Assembly: GCA_023260435.1 (NCBI GenBank)
Contig: JALQVG010000076.1
Span: 7,251-71,250 of the forward strand
Source of the DNA: Flavobacteriaceae bacterium
GTDB lineage: Bacteria > Bacteroidota > Bacteroidia > Flavobacteriales > Flavobacteriaceae
Reading direction: 5' to 3'
Length of the DNA stretch: 64,000 nucleotides
Position 1 is the stretch's first letter. Every line of letters begins with the position of its first letter. Positions 49,597 through 58,766 of this stretch are shown piece after piece. A program made the translations under genes and the position numbers. A model generated the notes under the pieces. The model was not told the origin of the DNA. It was given only the letters and a program-made list of their open reading frames with translations, and searched no databases.

Positions 49597-50331
49597 ATGA
49601 TCTCTATGGCCCTCATTCCTGCACGATATGCATCAACTCGTTTACCCGCCAAACTCATGCTCGATTTGGGAGGAGCTCCTGTAATTGTACGCACGTATCA
49701 AGCGGTGATGGCTACGGGTTTATTTGATGAGGTATACGTGGTGACCGATCACTCCGACATTGCAAAATCGATAGAATCGGTGGGGGGTAAGGTTTTGATC
49801 AGCACCCAATCTTATGACTGCGGGAGCGATCGGATTGCCGCTGCAGCAGAGTCCCTTGAGGCAGACATCATCCTCAATGTACAAGGAGATGAACCATTCA
49901 TTGACCGTGAAAGCTTAGCTGCTTTGCTCGATGTTTTCCAAAAAGATACCGCCTCACAAATTGATGTAGCCTCGTTGATGTTTGTTATTGATCAACCTCA
50001 GGAGATCAACAACCCAAATCACGTGAAAGTCATAGTCGATCATAACAATCATGCCCTTTATTTTTCCAGAGCACCGATCCCCTATGTGCGTGAAGCAGAT
50101 GATCGCGCTGTGTATTACCAACATAAAGGGGTTTATGCATTTAGAAAAAGTGCGCTGTGTGCATTTCCTGGGTGGACTATGGGTCCTTTGGAAAAAGCCG
50201 AAAAAATTGAAGCTATTCGTTTTTTGGAGTCCGGGAGGAAAATTAAGATGGTGGAAACTAAGATCTCTAGTATTGGTATCGACACCCAACAGGACATTGA
50301 AAAAGCAAGAGCACTATGGGCATTGACTTAA
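49597..50331 (+). CDS. kdsB: 3-deoxy-manno-octulosonate cytidylyltransferase
   Basis: IPARYASTRLPAK, NVQGDEP and IGIDT motifs. Start at ATG 49597. Confidence 0.9.
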   Translation: MISMALIPARYASTRLPAKLMLDLGGAPVIVRTYQAVMATGLFDEVYVVTDHSDIAKSIESVGGKVLISTQSYDCGSDRIAAAAESLEADIILNVQGDEPFIDRESLAALLDVFQKDTASQIDVASLMFVIDQPQEINNPNHVKVIVDHNNHALYFSRAPIPYVREADDRAVYYQHKGVYAFRKSALCAFPGWTMGPLEKAEKIEAIRFLESGRKIKMVETKISSIGIDTQQDIEKARALWALT

Positions 50332-51014
50332 GTCACATAACAGCCATTGGTTTTGACGCAGATGACACTCTCTGGGTCAATGAAACCTATTTCAGGAAGA
50401 CGGAGGAGGCTTTTGGCTTGCTGTTGTCCGGGTATGAAACGCCTAATCAAATAGACCAGCTTCTGTTTTTGAAGGAGATGGAAAACTTGCCTAAATATGG
50501 CTATGGTATCAAAGGATTTGTATTGTCAATGATTGAGTGTGCTTTGGAAGTATCGCAAGGCAAGATTTCCCCCGGCCACATCCATCAAATACTTCAATGG
50601 GGAAAGGACATGATTGATCACCCCGTAGAACTTTTGCCTGGAGTGCCAGAAGTATTGGAAAAGCTTTCCAAAACTCATCGGTTATTGGTATTGACAAAAG
50701 GTGATTTATTGGATCAGGAGCGCAAGCTGGAGCGTTCAGGCCTAGATCCATTTTTCCATCACGTGGAAGTGCTCAGCGACAAACAGCCCAGCAACTACAA
50801 ACGATTATTAGATCATTTGGAAATTGATCCAAAAAACTTTTTGATGGTAGGTAATTCCATTAAATCAGATATTTTACCTGTGCTGCAAATCGGTGCACAA
50901 GCGGTCCATATCCCTTTTCATACCACTTGGCAACACGAAATGGTCAGTCCCAGTGCAGATGATACTTTTATCACCTTGGATCAGATGTTGGATTTACTCA
51001 CTTTAATCAAGTAG
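50316..51014 (+). CDS. HAD-superfamily hydrolase
   Basis: Motif I FDADDTLW, motif II LTKG, and motif IV region MVGNSIKSD. Confidence 0.8.
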   Translation: MGIDLSHITAIGFDADDTLWVNETYFRKTEEAFGLLLSGYETPNQIDQLLFLKEMENLPKYGYGIKGFVLSMIECALEVSQGKISPGHIHQILQWGKDMIDHPVELLPGVPEVLEKLSKTHRLLVLTKGDLLDQERKLERSGLDPFFHHVEVLSDKQPSNYKRLLDHLEIDPKNFLMVGNSIKSDILPVLQIGAQAVHIPFHTTWQHEMVSPSADDTFITLDQMLDLLTLIK

Positions 51015-51016
51015 TT

Positions 51017-51568
51017 ATGCGATCCATCAGCCGTTTTATCCTGTTGACTTTATTGGGCTGGCGCATCAAAGGAACCTTTGAGCCCATAGATCAATGTGTG
51101 GTTATTGCGGCGCCACATACCAGTAATTGGGATTTTCCCCTGGGGCTATTGACGCGTAAAATCATTGGCTTGGAAATTAATTACATCGGTAAAAAGAGTT
51201 TGTTTAAACCTCTTTGGGGTTGGTTTTTTCGCTGGACTGGTGGAGCCCCCGTGGAACGCGAAAAAAATTCCGATGCTGTGGCTGCCATTGTTTCCTTATT
51301 TCAAAAGAAAAAAGTATTTAGATTGGCGTTGGCTCCAGAGGGAACTCGGAAAAAAGTGGAGCGATGGAGGACTGGGTTTTACCACATTGCCCTGGGGGCT
51401 CATGTCCCTTTGTTGATGATTGCCATGGACTATGCCAAAAAAGAAGTCCGCATCAGTCAACCACTTTGGTTAGTGAGTGATCCTGATGCGGACTTTGCAA
51501 AAATTGAAGCGTTTTTTAAAGGTGCACAAGGAAAAATTCCTGCCTACACCTCTTTAAATATCCAATAG
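51017..51568 (+). CDS. lysophospholipid (1-acyl-glycerol-3-phosphate-type) acyltransferase
   Basis: HX4D motif HTSNWD and PEGTR block. Confidence 0.75.
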   Translation: MRSISRFILLTLLGWRIKGTFEPIDQCVVIAAPHTSNWDFPLGLLTRKIIGLEINYIGKKSLFKPLWGWFFRWTGGAPVEREKNSDAVAAIVSLFQKKKVFRLALAPEGTRKKVERWRTGFYHIALGAHVPLLMIAMDYAKKEVRISQPLWLVSDPDADFAKIEAFFKGAQGKIPAYTSLNIQ

Positions 51569-52285
51569 CTATTCAGATTCTTCCATGGTGTGGTACACGT
51601 TTTGAACGTCGTCATCTTCTTCAATGCGTTCTAATAGTTTTTCAACGTCAGCCATCTGTTCCTCAGTTAATTTTTTAGTGACTTGAGGAATGCGTTCAAA
51701 GCCTGAAGAAAGTATGGTAAATCCTCTTGATTCCAATTCTTTTTGCAAGGTTCCGAATTGTTCAAATGGAGCGTAAATCACAATGCCATCTTCATCTAAA
51801 AACACTTCTTCGCATCCGAAATCAATCAGGTCTAATTCGAGTTCTTCCACATCTAAACCGTCAGCCTGTATTCTAAAGTTACAGGTGTGGTCAAACATAA
51901 ATTCTACGGATCCTGAGGTTCCAAGGCTGCCATTGCATTTATTGAAGTATGATCGAATATTGGCGACAGTTCTTGTGTTGTTGTCTGTGGCTGTCTCAAT
52001 CAGAATAGCAATTCCATGAGGAGCATATCCTTCAAACAACACCTCTTTATAATCTCCTTGTGATTTATCGCTCGCTTTTTTTATGGCTCGTTCCACATTC
52101 TCTTTCGGCATGTTTACCGATTTCGCATTCTGGATAACCGCTCTTAATCGGCTGTTGCTGTCCGGATCTGGTCCTCCTTCTTTGACAGCCATAACGATGT
52201 CTTTGCCTATTCTGGTGAATGCTTTGGACATTGCCGCCCAACGCTTCATTTTTCTAGCCTTTCTAAATTCAAACGCTCTTCCCAT
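51569..52285 (-). CDS. YebC/PmpR-family transcriptional regulator
   Basis: MGRAFEFRKARKMKRW N-terminus, highly characteristic of the family. Confidence 0.9.
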   Translation of the reverse strand: MGRAFEFRKARKMKRWAAMSKAFTRIGKDIVMAVKEGGPDPDSNSRLRAVIQNAKSVNMPKENVERAIKKASDKSQGDYKEVLFEGYAPHGIAILIETATDNNTRTVANIRSYFNKCNGSLGTSGSVEFMFDHTCNFRIQADGLDVEELELDLIDFGCEEVFLDEDGIVIYAPFEQFGTLQKELESRGFTILSSGFERIPQVTKKLTEEQMADVEKLLERIEEDDDVQNVYHTMEESE

Positions 52286-52330
52286 AATTGTGTGATGTAA
52301 TAGGGGGTAAAATTAAGTATTTTTCAGTGC

Positions 52331-52630
52331 TTATGCAGCTCCACCAGGAATAGAAACGCAGTGTTCAATGCGTTCGGCCAAAGCAAAATCATTTAATGTG
52401 ACCGCCTTTACGCTAGGTGTTTGAATGCTGACCAATAGGGTGTTAAATGTATTTGTCCACTTGGGGTAATGCCCCATTTTTTCACATTCAAAAGCTATCC
52501 GAGTCATCGCAGAGAATGCTTCTTTAAAATCGGCAAACTGAAAACTACTCATCAGGCAGTTTTCTTTATGTCCCCAGTGTGGTAAGTGCTTTAGGTTTTC
52601 CTGTATTTCTTGTTCTGTAAGTGCTTTCAT
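52331..52630 (-). CDS. pterin-4a-carbinolamine dehydratase-like protein (non-canonical active site)
   Basis: Spacing E-x3-H-Y-P-x5-F-x9-P-x8-D matches the PCD fold motif exactly. Two of the three histidines are replaced. Confidence 0.7.
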   Translation of the reverse strand: MKALTEQEIQENLKHLPHWGHKENCLMSSFQFADFKEAFSAMTRIAFECEKMGHYPKWTNTFNTLLVSIQTPSVKAVTLNDFALAERIEHCVSIPGGAA

Positions 52631-52639
52631 TGGGGTAAT

Positions 52640-53725
52640 TTATGCTTTATAAAAGGGTAGTTTAACGATTTCGGCAGGTATTTGTTTGTCTCGGATACGC
52701 ACAAAGATTTTTGTTCCCAGGGTGCAATAAGCTCGGTCCAGGTAACCCATACCGATACCTTCTGATAGACTAGGGGACATGGTTCCTGAAGTTACCACAC
52801 CAATGGCCTGACCAGCTTGATTTTCTAGGATATAGTCATGTCGAGGAATTCCGCGATCCAATAATTTAAACCCAACTAGTTTTCGCTCACTGCCGGCTTC
52901 TTTTTCTGCGCGTAATGTTTCGCTGTTGATAAATGGTTTAGTGAATTTGGTGATCCATCCTAATCCAGCACTGATCGGAGAGGTGTGGTCATTGATGTCG
53001 TTTCCGTACAAACAATAGCCCATTTCTAATCTAAGTGTATCTCTAGCAGCCAAGCCTACGGGTTGGATGCCTAATGAAGAACCAGAGTGCAATACAGCAT
53101 CCCATAATGCCGCGGCCTCATTTTTGTGCACATACAATTCAAATCCTCCAGCGCCAGTGTATCCAGTAGCTGAAATCAGTATGTTGTCAATTCCAGCTAA
53201 AGTCCCCTGTGTAAAGTGGTAGTAGGGGATTTCATCCAGAGATACTTGGGTCAGCGGTTGAAGCGTTTGTGCGGCCAAGGGCCCTTGAACGGCTAAAAGT
53301 GCATAATCGTCCGATAAATTGTTGAGTAAAGCCCCAAATGATTTGTTCTCCTTTTCGAGGTGAGCAAAATCCTTATCTATGTTGGAGGCGTTGACCACCA
53401 AAAAATAGTCATCCTCAGCGATTTGGTAGATTATTAGGTCATCCACAATCCCTCCGGTATGGTTAGGAAAACAACTGTATTGTGCTTTACCTGGCTTGAG
53501 TTGTTCTAAATCGTTGGAAGTTGTCCACTGAAGTAATGCTTTAGCTTGAGGTCCTTTAACAGTAAACTGCCCCATGTGAGACACATCGAATACACCCACT
53601 TGTTGTCGCACACACTGGTGTTCTACATTAATGCCCGCGTAGGAAACCGGCATTTCAAATCCTGCAAAAGGCACCATTTTGGCCCCCAATGCAAGGTGTT
53701 TATCATAAAGAGGAGTTCTTTTCAT
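52640..53725 (-). CDS. gcvT: glycine cleavage system aminomethyltransferase
   Basis: MKRTPLYDKHLALGAKMVPFAGFEMP, GVFDVSHMG and TGYTG motifs. Confidence 0.95.
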   Translation of the reverse strand: MKRTPLYDKHLALGAKMVPFAGFEMPVSYAGINVEHQCVRQQVGVFDVSHMGQFTVKGPQAKALLQWTTSNDLEQLKPGKAQYSCFPNHTGGIVDDLIIYQIAEDDYFLVVNASNIDKDFAHLEKENKSFGALLNNLSDDYALLAVQGPLAAQTLQPLTQVSLDEIPYYHFTQGTLAGIDNILISATGYTGAGGFELYVHKNEAAALWDAVLHSGSSLGIQPVGLAARDTLRLEMGYCLYGNDINDHTSPISAGLGWITKFTKPFINSETLRAEKEAGSERKLVGFKLLDRGIPRHDYILENQAGQAIGVVTSGTMSPSLSEGIGMGYLDRAYCTLGTKIFVRIRDKQIPAEIVKLPFYKA

Positions 53726-53742
53726 CGAGCTAAATATTTGCC

Positions 53743-53750
53743 CAAAAATA
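53743..53750 (-). promoter_or_regulatory. -7 promoter box (TATTTTTG) for gcvT
   Basis: The minus strand carries TATTTTTG 17 nt upstream of the gcvT ATG. Confidence 0.4.
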
Positions 53751-53790
53751 AGGTATTCCCCAAGAATTTTAAGATTTACTAAGTGCTTAA

Positions 53791-55089
53791 TTAATGTTTT
53801 TGCATTAATACCTCTTTCAATTCATCATAGTTTTTGATGACGGTAGATTTTTTTTCTGAATGCATTAAACGCTGTAATCCTTCAGGAAGTTCTGGGGAGA
53901 ATCCCAAGGCTTCAGTAACTACCTCCGTAAACTTAATCGGATGAGCGGTTTCTAAAAACACGCCAAAGTAATTCGGGTTTTTCTGAAGATAGCGCTCAAG
54001 TCCCAGATAGCCAATAGCTCCATGTGGGTCAGCTATATAACGGTATTGATTGTAAATCCGTTGCATAGCGTCCATTGTCTGGTCATCTGTAAAAGAAAAA
54101 CTGCTGACATGGTTTCTTAATGTGTTGAGGTCGTTGTTGTGCAAGGCTTCAATGCGGATCCAATTGCTGGGATGGGCCACATCCATGGCATTAGATCGCG
54201 TCGCGACGGATGTTCTGTCGGTCCAAATCCCAGTGTGTAGAAAATCGGGAACTGTTTTGTTGCTGTTCGTCGCTGCGATAAAGTGTGCCACGTCAAGGCC
54301 TAGTTTTTGGGCCACAAAACCAGCACATAAATTGCCAAAGTTTCCGGAGGGAACACTGATTACCCATGGGTGATCCGTGGACTTTTTTTGTTGTAAGGCT
54401 ACAAAATAATACAGCATCTGAGGTAGCCAACGCGCTACGTTAATCGAGTTAGCTGAGGTTAATTTGCGCGTAGATCGGACTTGTTGATCGACAAATGCAG
54501 TTTTCACCATTTCTTGACAATCATCAAATGAACCGAGCACTTCGATAGCTTTTATATTTTGACCTAGCGCGGTAAGTTGTTTTTCCTGTAAGGGGCTTAC
54601 TTTACCACTGGGGTAGAGGATGACCACTTCAACGCCGGATACGCCCAAAAACCCATCAGCTACCGCACCGCCAGTATCTCCTGAAGTCGCTACTAAGACC
54701 GTTGTTTTTTCACCGTATTGTGCAGAAAAATACCCCAAACAACGCGCCATAAATCGGGCGCCAACATCTTTAAAAGCCAGTGTTGGTCCATGAAATAATT
54801 CTAATACGCCTATATGGTCATCTAACCGTACTACGGGAAGGTCAAAGTCTATGGCTGAAAACGCGATCTCAGCGAGTGTGTCTTTATCTATATCGTTTCC
54901 GACAAAATGTTTCATCACTTCAAATCCCAACTCCTTTTTTTCCATGGTGGCATATGAGGACCAAAAAGATTTACCCAACACGGGTAAATGATCCGGGAAA
55001 TATAGACCCCGGTCAGGGGCAATACCTGTAGTGGCTGCTTCTTTAAAACTAGCGGTAAGTTTTGGGTTACTCAGACTTTTATAGATCAT
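53791..55089 (-). CDS. thrC: threonine synthase
   Basis: FHGPTLAFKD (PLP lysine) and SSGNFG-like SGNFGN block. Confidence 0.9.
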   Translation of the reverse strand: MIYKSLSNPKLTASFKEAATTGIAPDRGLYFPDHLPVLGKSFWSSYATMEKKELGFEVMKHFVGNDIDKDTLAEIAFSAIDFDLPVVRLDDHIGVLELFHGPTLAFKDVGARFMARCLGYFSAQYGEKTTVLVATSGDTGGAVADGFLGVSGVEVVILYPSGKVSPLQEKQLTALGQNIKAIEVLGSFDDCQEMVKTAFVDQQVRSTRKLTSANSINVARWLPQMLYYFVALQQKKSTDHPWVISVPSGNFGNLCAGFVAQKLGLDVAHFIAATNSNKTVPDFLHTGIWTDRTSVATRSNAMDVAHPSNWIRIEALHNNDLNTLRNHVSSFSFTDDQTMDAMQRIYNQYRYIADPHGAIGYLGLERYLQKNPNYFGVFLETAHPIKFTEVVTEALGFSPELPEGLQRLMHSEKKSTVIKNYDELKEVLMQKH

Positions 55090-55099
55090 AACGGAGCAG

Positions 55100-56038
55100 T
55101 TAAGCGTGAATCATTTTAATCCCTTGAGTATTGATTTTGGCGCAGTGTACGTCAAAATCAATACCCCATTGTCGGTAGTTTTTGTCTATAGCTTGGGCTA
55201 TCGATTGCGCTAGGTCTTTACCTTGTGCTAGCGCAAATACGGATGGACCAGACCCTGAAATTCCCGCTCCCAATGCACCGGAGTCCAGCATGGTTTTTTT
55301 AAGCTCTTCAAAGCCAGGGATGAGCAGCGATCTAATAGGTTCTACAACCACGTCGACCAATGATCTGGAGATTAATCCGTAGTCATTCGTATATAATCCA
55401 GCGATCAATCCACCTAAATTTCCCCATTGGGTAGTTGCTTGGCGCAAGCTTAATTGTGTTTTTAAGATACTGCGCGCATCTTGTGTTTTAATTTCAATTT
55501 GCGGATGAAGCACGACAGCATACAGATCTTCGGGGCAGGGTAGTGCCACTATATCCAATGGTTCATAGGAACGAATCAATGTAAATCCTCCAAAAATACC
55601 AGGGGCCACATTATCTGCATGAGCCACTCCACTCGCAAGTTTTTCTCCTTCCATGGCAAACGACACCAATTCAATGGGGGAAAACGGTCTGTTCAATAAC
55701 TCATTTAATCCCCAAACGGCCCCTGAAGCGCTGGCTGCACTGGATCCGATTCCACTTCCCGCCTTGATTTTTTTTTCAATCACCAGACTAAATCCAGGTG
55801 GATCACCCCCTTGGGATCTATAGGTATTTAGCAGACTGAGCCCAGCAACACCTGCCGTGTTTTTAGCTATATCCAAAGGAAGGTCCGCACCTTTGATCTC
55901 GCTGATTCGCCAACCAGGTTCCTCGGTTACTTCAAAATGCATGACATCACCAACCTCATCCAGAGCAACACCCAATACATCAAAACCACATGAGATATTG
56001 GCGATGGTACCTGGTGAAAATAAACTTAACTTTTTCAT
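55100..56038 (-). CDS. thrB: homoserine kinase
   Basis: GHMP kinase motif GSGIGSSAASA. Confidence 0.9.
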   Translation of the reverse strand: MKKLSLFSPGTIANISCGFDVLGVALDEVGDVMHFEVTEEPGWRISEIKGADLPLDIAKNTAGVAGLSLLNTYRSQGGDPPGFSLVIEKKIKAGSGIGSSAASASGAVWGLNELLNRPFSPIELVSFAMEGEKLASGVAHADNVAPGIFGGFTLIRSYEPLDIVALPCPEDLYAVVLHPQIEIKTQDARSILKTQLSLRQATTQWGNLGGLIAGLYTNDYGLISRSLVDVVVEPIRSLLIPGFEELKKTMLDSGALGAGISGSGPSVFALAQGKDLAQSIAQAIDKNYRQWGIDFDVHCAKINTQGIKMIHA

Positions 56039-58483
56039 CTATTCTTGTTTAGCAGCACGTATAATATCAGCAAAAATACCCGATGCGGTAACTGCTGCGC
56101 CCGCACCAGCACCTTGAATAACCATAGGGCTTGTCGGATAACGCGCAGAATACAAGAGCACTATATTGTCACTGCCCGGCAAGTGATAAAATGGGTGGTC
56201 TTTAGGGATTACTTCAACACCCACACTAGCCTTTTGTCCATCGAGAAGTGCCGTATATTTAAGTTTGGCCCCTTGATCTTGGGCGATTTGCCACAATTGT
56301 TGCATGTTGGTTTCATCTTCAATCAGTTGCGCATAAAGATCCTGATTGTTTTGTGTGGCCAAAGCTTCAGGAGATAGAAAAGAGTTGTTTTGGATGTCAC
56401 TCATTTCTAATTGAAGTCCAGCTTCCCGAGCCAATATCAATATTTTACGCATGACATCAACTCCGCTTAGATCTATTTTAGGATCTGGCTCGGTATACCC
56501 TTTTTCTTGGGCTTGCCCGACCACTGAGGCAAAATCCTCCCCTTGATAGTGGTGAAAAATAAAATTCAGGCTTCCTGACAAAACGGCTTGTATTCGATGT
56601 ATTCTGTCTCCTGAGGCCACCATATTTTTTATGGTGTCAATAATAGGCAGACCTGCGCCGACATTGGTTTCGTATAAAAAAGAAGCTTGGTATTTTCGAC
56701 AGAGTTCTTGTAATTGCTGGTAATAATCAAAGGAGGCGGAGCAAGCTATTTTGTTACAGGTGACTACAGAAATGCTGTGGGAGAGGTATATGGGGTAGGA
56801 GCTAGCTACTTCAGCGTTGGCTGTATTGTCTACAAAAATTGAGTTTCTGAGGTTTAGGCGTTTAACCGCCTCAGCAAAACCATCTAGAGAACTAACGCTC
56901 CCTTGAGCAAGTAAGGAAGGCCATTGAGATAAATCAACTCCAGACTCATCGAAATACATGGTTTTTGAATTGGCGATACCCACTACCCGTACCTGAAGCT
57001 GCAGATGATTTTGTAGGTAATCGCATTGACTTTCCAATTGCGCCAACAATTGACTCCCTACAGTTCCCACCCCCATGATGAATAAATTGACTTGTTTGGT
57101 CTGGGCTTCAAAAAAAGTTTCATGAAGTGCATTAATCGCTTTGGGTACATCCTTTTCAGCGATTACGGCTGAAATATTTCGTTCTGATGACCCTTGGGCG
57201 ATGACGCGGATATTGACATTATTTCTTCCCAACGTTTGAAACATCTTCCCGCTGAGTCCTTGGTGGCTTCTCATTTGGTCCCCAACTAAGGCCAATATTG
57301 CCATGTCCCTCTCAGGTTTAAGTGCGTTAATCATACCCTGTTTTATCTCGTAACTAAACGCCTCATTGACCACATCAACAGCCTTTTGAGCGTCTACAGA
57401 GGCAATAGCAATAGTTATTGAGTGCTCGGAGGAAGCTTGGGTAATCAATACCACATTGATCTGTGCTTGCGAAAGCACAGAAAAAAACTTTTGAGAAATG
57501 CCAGGAATTCCTACCATGCCAGGTCCCTCCAGTGAAACTAATGCCATGTGGGGAATATGGCTTATGCCGCGGACTGTTTTTTCTTTGTTACCTCCAGTCG
57601 AACTGATTAAGGTCCCTGGGTCTTCTGGGGCAAATGTGTTTTTGATACGCAAAGGTATCCCAACGGCCATGGCAGGCTGAATGGTTGGCGGATAGAGTAC
57701 TTTAGCCCCAAAATGCGAAAGCTCCATAGCTTCCTCGTAGGAAATTTCCTCAATGGGTTTGGCGGATTTTACCCATTGTGGGTGTGCGGTAAACATTCCG
57801 CTCACATCCGTGTAAATCAACAATTCGCGTGCACTTGTACCCGCAGCAACCAAAGAAGCTGAGTAGTCTGAACCGCCTCTTCCCAAGGTAGTTGTGTGGC
57901 CCGAGGCGTCTGCCCCAATAAACCCTCCCATGATTTGAACTTGATGGCCTGAAGCGGCTGCTTGTTGTAGAGCACTGTACGTGGTTGTTGTGTCTACTTG
58001 GGCTTTGCCATGTTGACTGTTGGTGCGGATCAATAAACGCGCATCCCAATAAGCTAAATCAATACCTAAACTCTGCAGGTAAGCGGCTATAATTTCACTG
58101 GACAACAACTCTCCATAGGCCAAAACTTGATCACTGAGTCTCGGTGTCGTTTCGCCTATAAGGTAAGCGCCCTCTAAAAGTGCGTCCAATTGATTAATAC
58201 TTTGTTTCACACGGCTGATGACACCGCTTTGTATCGATACAGGAATTAGGGATTTTACCGCATCAAGGTGGGTTTTTTCTATTTGATTGATGAGTGTTTG
58301 GTAGGTGGCTTCTCTATTTGAAGCGCTGTTTAGCGCATTCACCAATAAATCAGTGATCCCGCCCATGGCTGAAACTACCACAGTGATGCGCTCTTTTTGA
58401 GCGTATGATTGAATGATCTGTGCGACTTGACGTATTGCAGACTCGTGGGCTACTGAACTGCCGCCGAATTTAAGAACCAACAT
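56039..58483 (-). CDS. thrA: bifunctional aspartate kinase / homoserine dehydrogenase
   Basis: VLKFGGSSV N-terminus, ACT region, and a C-terminal homoserine dehydrogenase with Rossmann motif FIMGVGTVG. 814 aa. Confidence 0.95.
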   Translation of the reverse strand: MLVLKFGGSSVAHESAIRQVAQIIQSYAQKERITVVVSAMGGITDLLVNALNSASNREATYQTLINQIEKTHLDAVKSLIPVSIQSGVISRVKQSINQLDALLEGAYLIGETTPRLSDQVLAYGELLSSEIIAAYLQSLGIDLAYWDARLLIRTNSQHGKAQVDTTTTYSALQQAAASGHQVQIMGGFIGADASGHTTTLGRGGSDYSASLVAAGTSARELLIYTDVSGMFTAHPQWVKSAKPIEEISYEEAMELSHFGAKVLYPPTIQPAMAVGIPLRIKNTFAPEDPGTLISSTGGNKEKTVRGISHIPHMALVSLEGPGMVGIPGISQKFFSVLSQAQINVVLITQASSEHSITIAIASVDAQKAVDVVNEAFSYEIKQGMINALKPERDMAILALVGDQMRSHQGLSGKMFQTLGRNNVNIRVIAQGSSERNISAVIAEKDVPKAINALHETFFEAQTKQVNLFIMGVGTVGSQLLAQLESQCDYLQNHLQLQVRVVGIANSKTMYFDESGVDLSQWPSLLAQGSVSSLDGFAEAVKRLNLRNSIFVDNTANAEVASSYPIYLSHSISVVTCNKIACSASFDYYQQLQELCRKYQASFLYETNVGAGLPIIDTIKNMVASGDRIHRIQAVLSGSLNFIFHHYQGEDFASVVGQAQEKGYTEPDPKIDLSGVDVMRKILILAREAGLQLEMSDIQNNSFLSPEALATQNNQDLYAQLIEDETNMQQLWQIAQDQGAKLKYTALLDGQKASVGVEVIPKDHPFYHLPGSDNIVLLYSARYPTSPMVIQGAGAGAAVTASGIFADIIRAAKQE

Positions 58484-58540
58484 GTTGATAGTGGATAAAG
58501 ATGAGTAAATAGTAAAGTAAGGTCCGAGGAAAATATAGCG

Positions 58541-58624
58541 TTACCCCCAAGGGGTAGTCATCGGAGCTGTAGTACCTGTTGTCAAGGTATTTGTAGTAAA
58601 AGTAAAAACGCCAGAAAAAGCCAT
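58541..58624 (-). CDS. candidate thr operon leader peptide (27 aa, 10 Thr)
   Basis: The minus strand reads ATG GCT TTT TCT GGC GTT TTT ACT TTT ACT ACA AAT ACC TTG ACA ACA GGT ACT ACA GCT CCG ATG ACT ACC CCT TGG GGG TAA, giving MAFSGVFTFTTNTLTTGTTAPMTTPWG. It lies 57 nt upstream of thrA and just downstream of a -7 box. Confidence 0.55.
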   Translation of the reverse strand: MAFSGVFTFTTNTLTTGTTAPMTTPWG

Positions 58625-58643
58625 AACACAAAAGTATATGGCC

Positions 58644-58651
58644 CAAATGTA
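58644..58651 (-). promoter_or_regulatory. -7 promoter box (TACATTTG) for the thr leader/operon
   Basis: The minus strand carries TACATTTG ending 19 nt upstream of the leader ATG. Confidence 0.45.
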
Positions 58652-58766
58652 CTTAAAATCACTCTGGAGTACCTTGACTAGCTGTTTTTTTGTGAATATG
58701 AAAAAAACCGCTATCAAAAGTTAGACAACCCACAATGCTAAGGGTTGAAAATCAATAATTAAGTAT

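Noticed and set aside
53726-53790. Looked for a glycine riboswitch upstream of gcvT, and for a folate/ZTP riboswitch upstream of glyA (16124..16220)
   Set aside because: The gaps are only 65 and 97 nt, and each must also hold a promoter. I could not find the conserved cores of these riboswitch classes.
55768-55776. A9 run in thrB, and A8 in clpC (60613..60620), as possible phase-variation or frameshift sites
   Set aside because: They simply encode Lys-Lys in essential housekeeping genes of an AT-leaning genome. Their positions have no functional logic, unlike the dnaX run.
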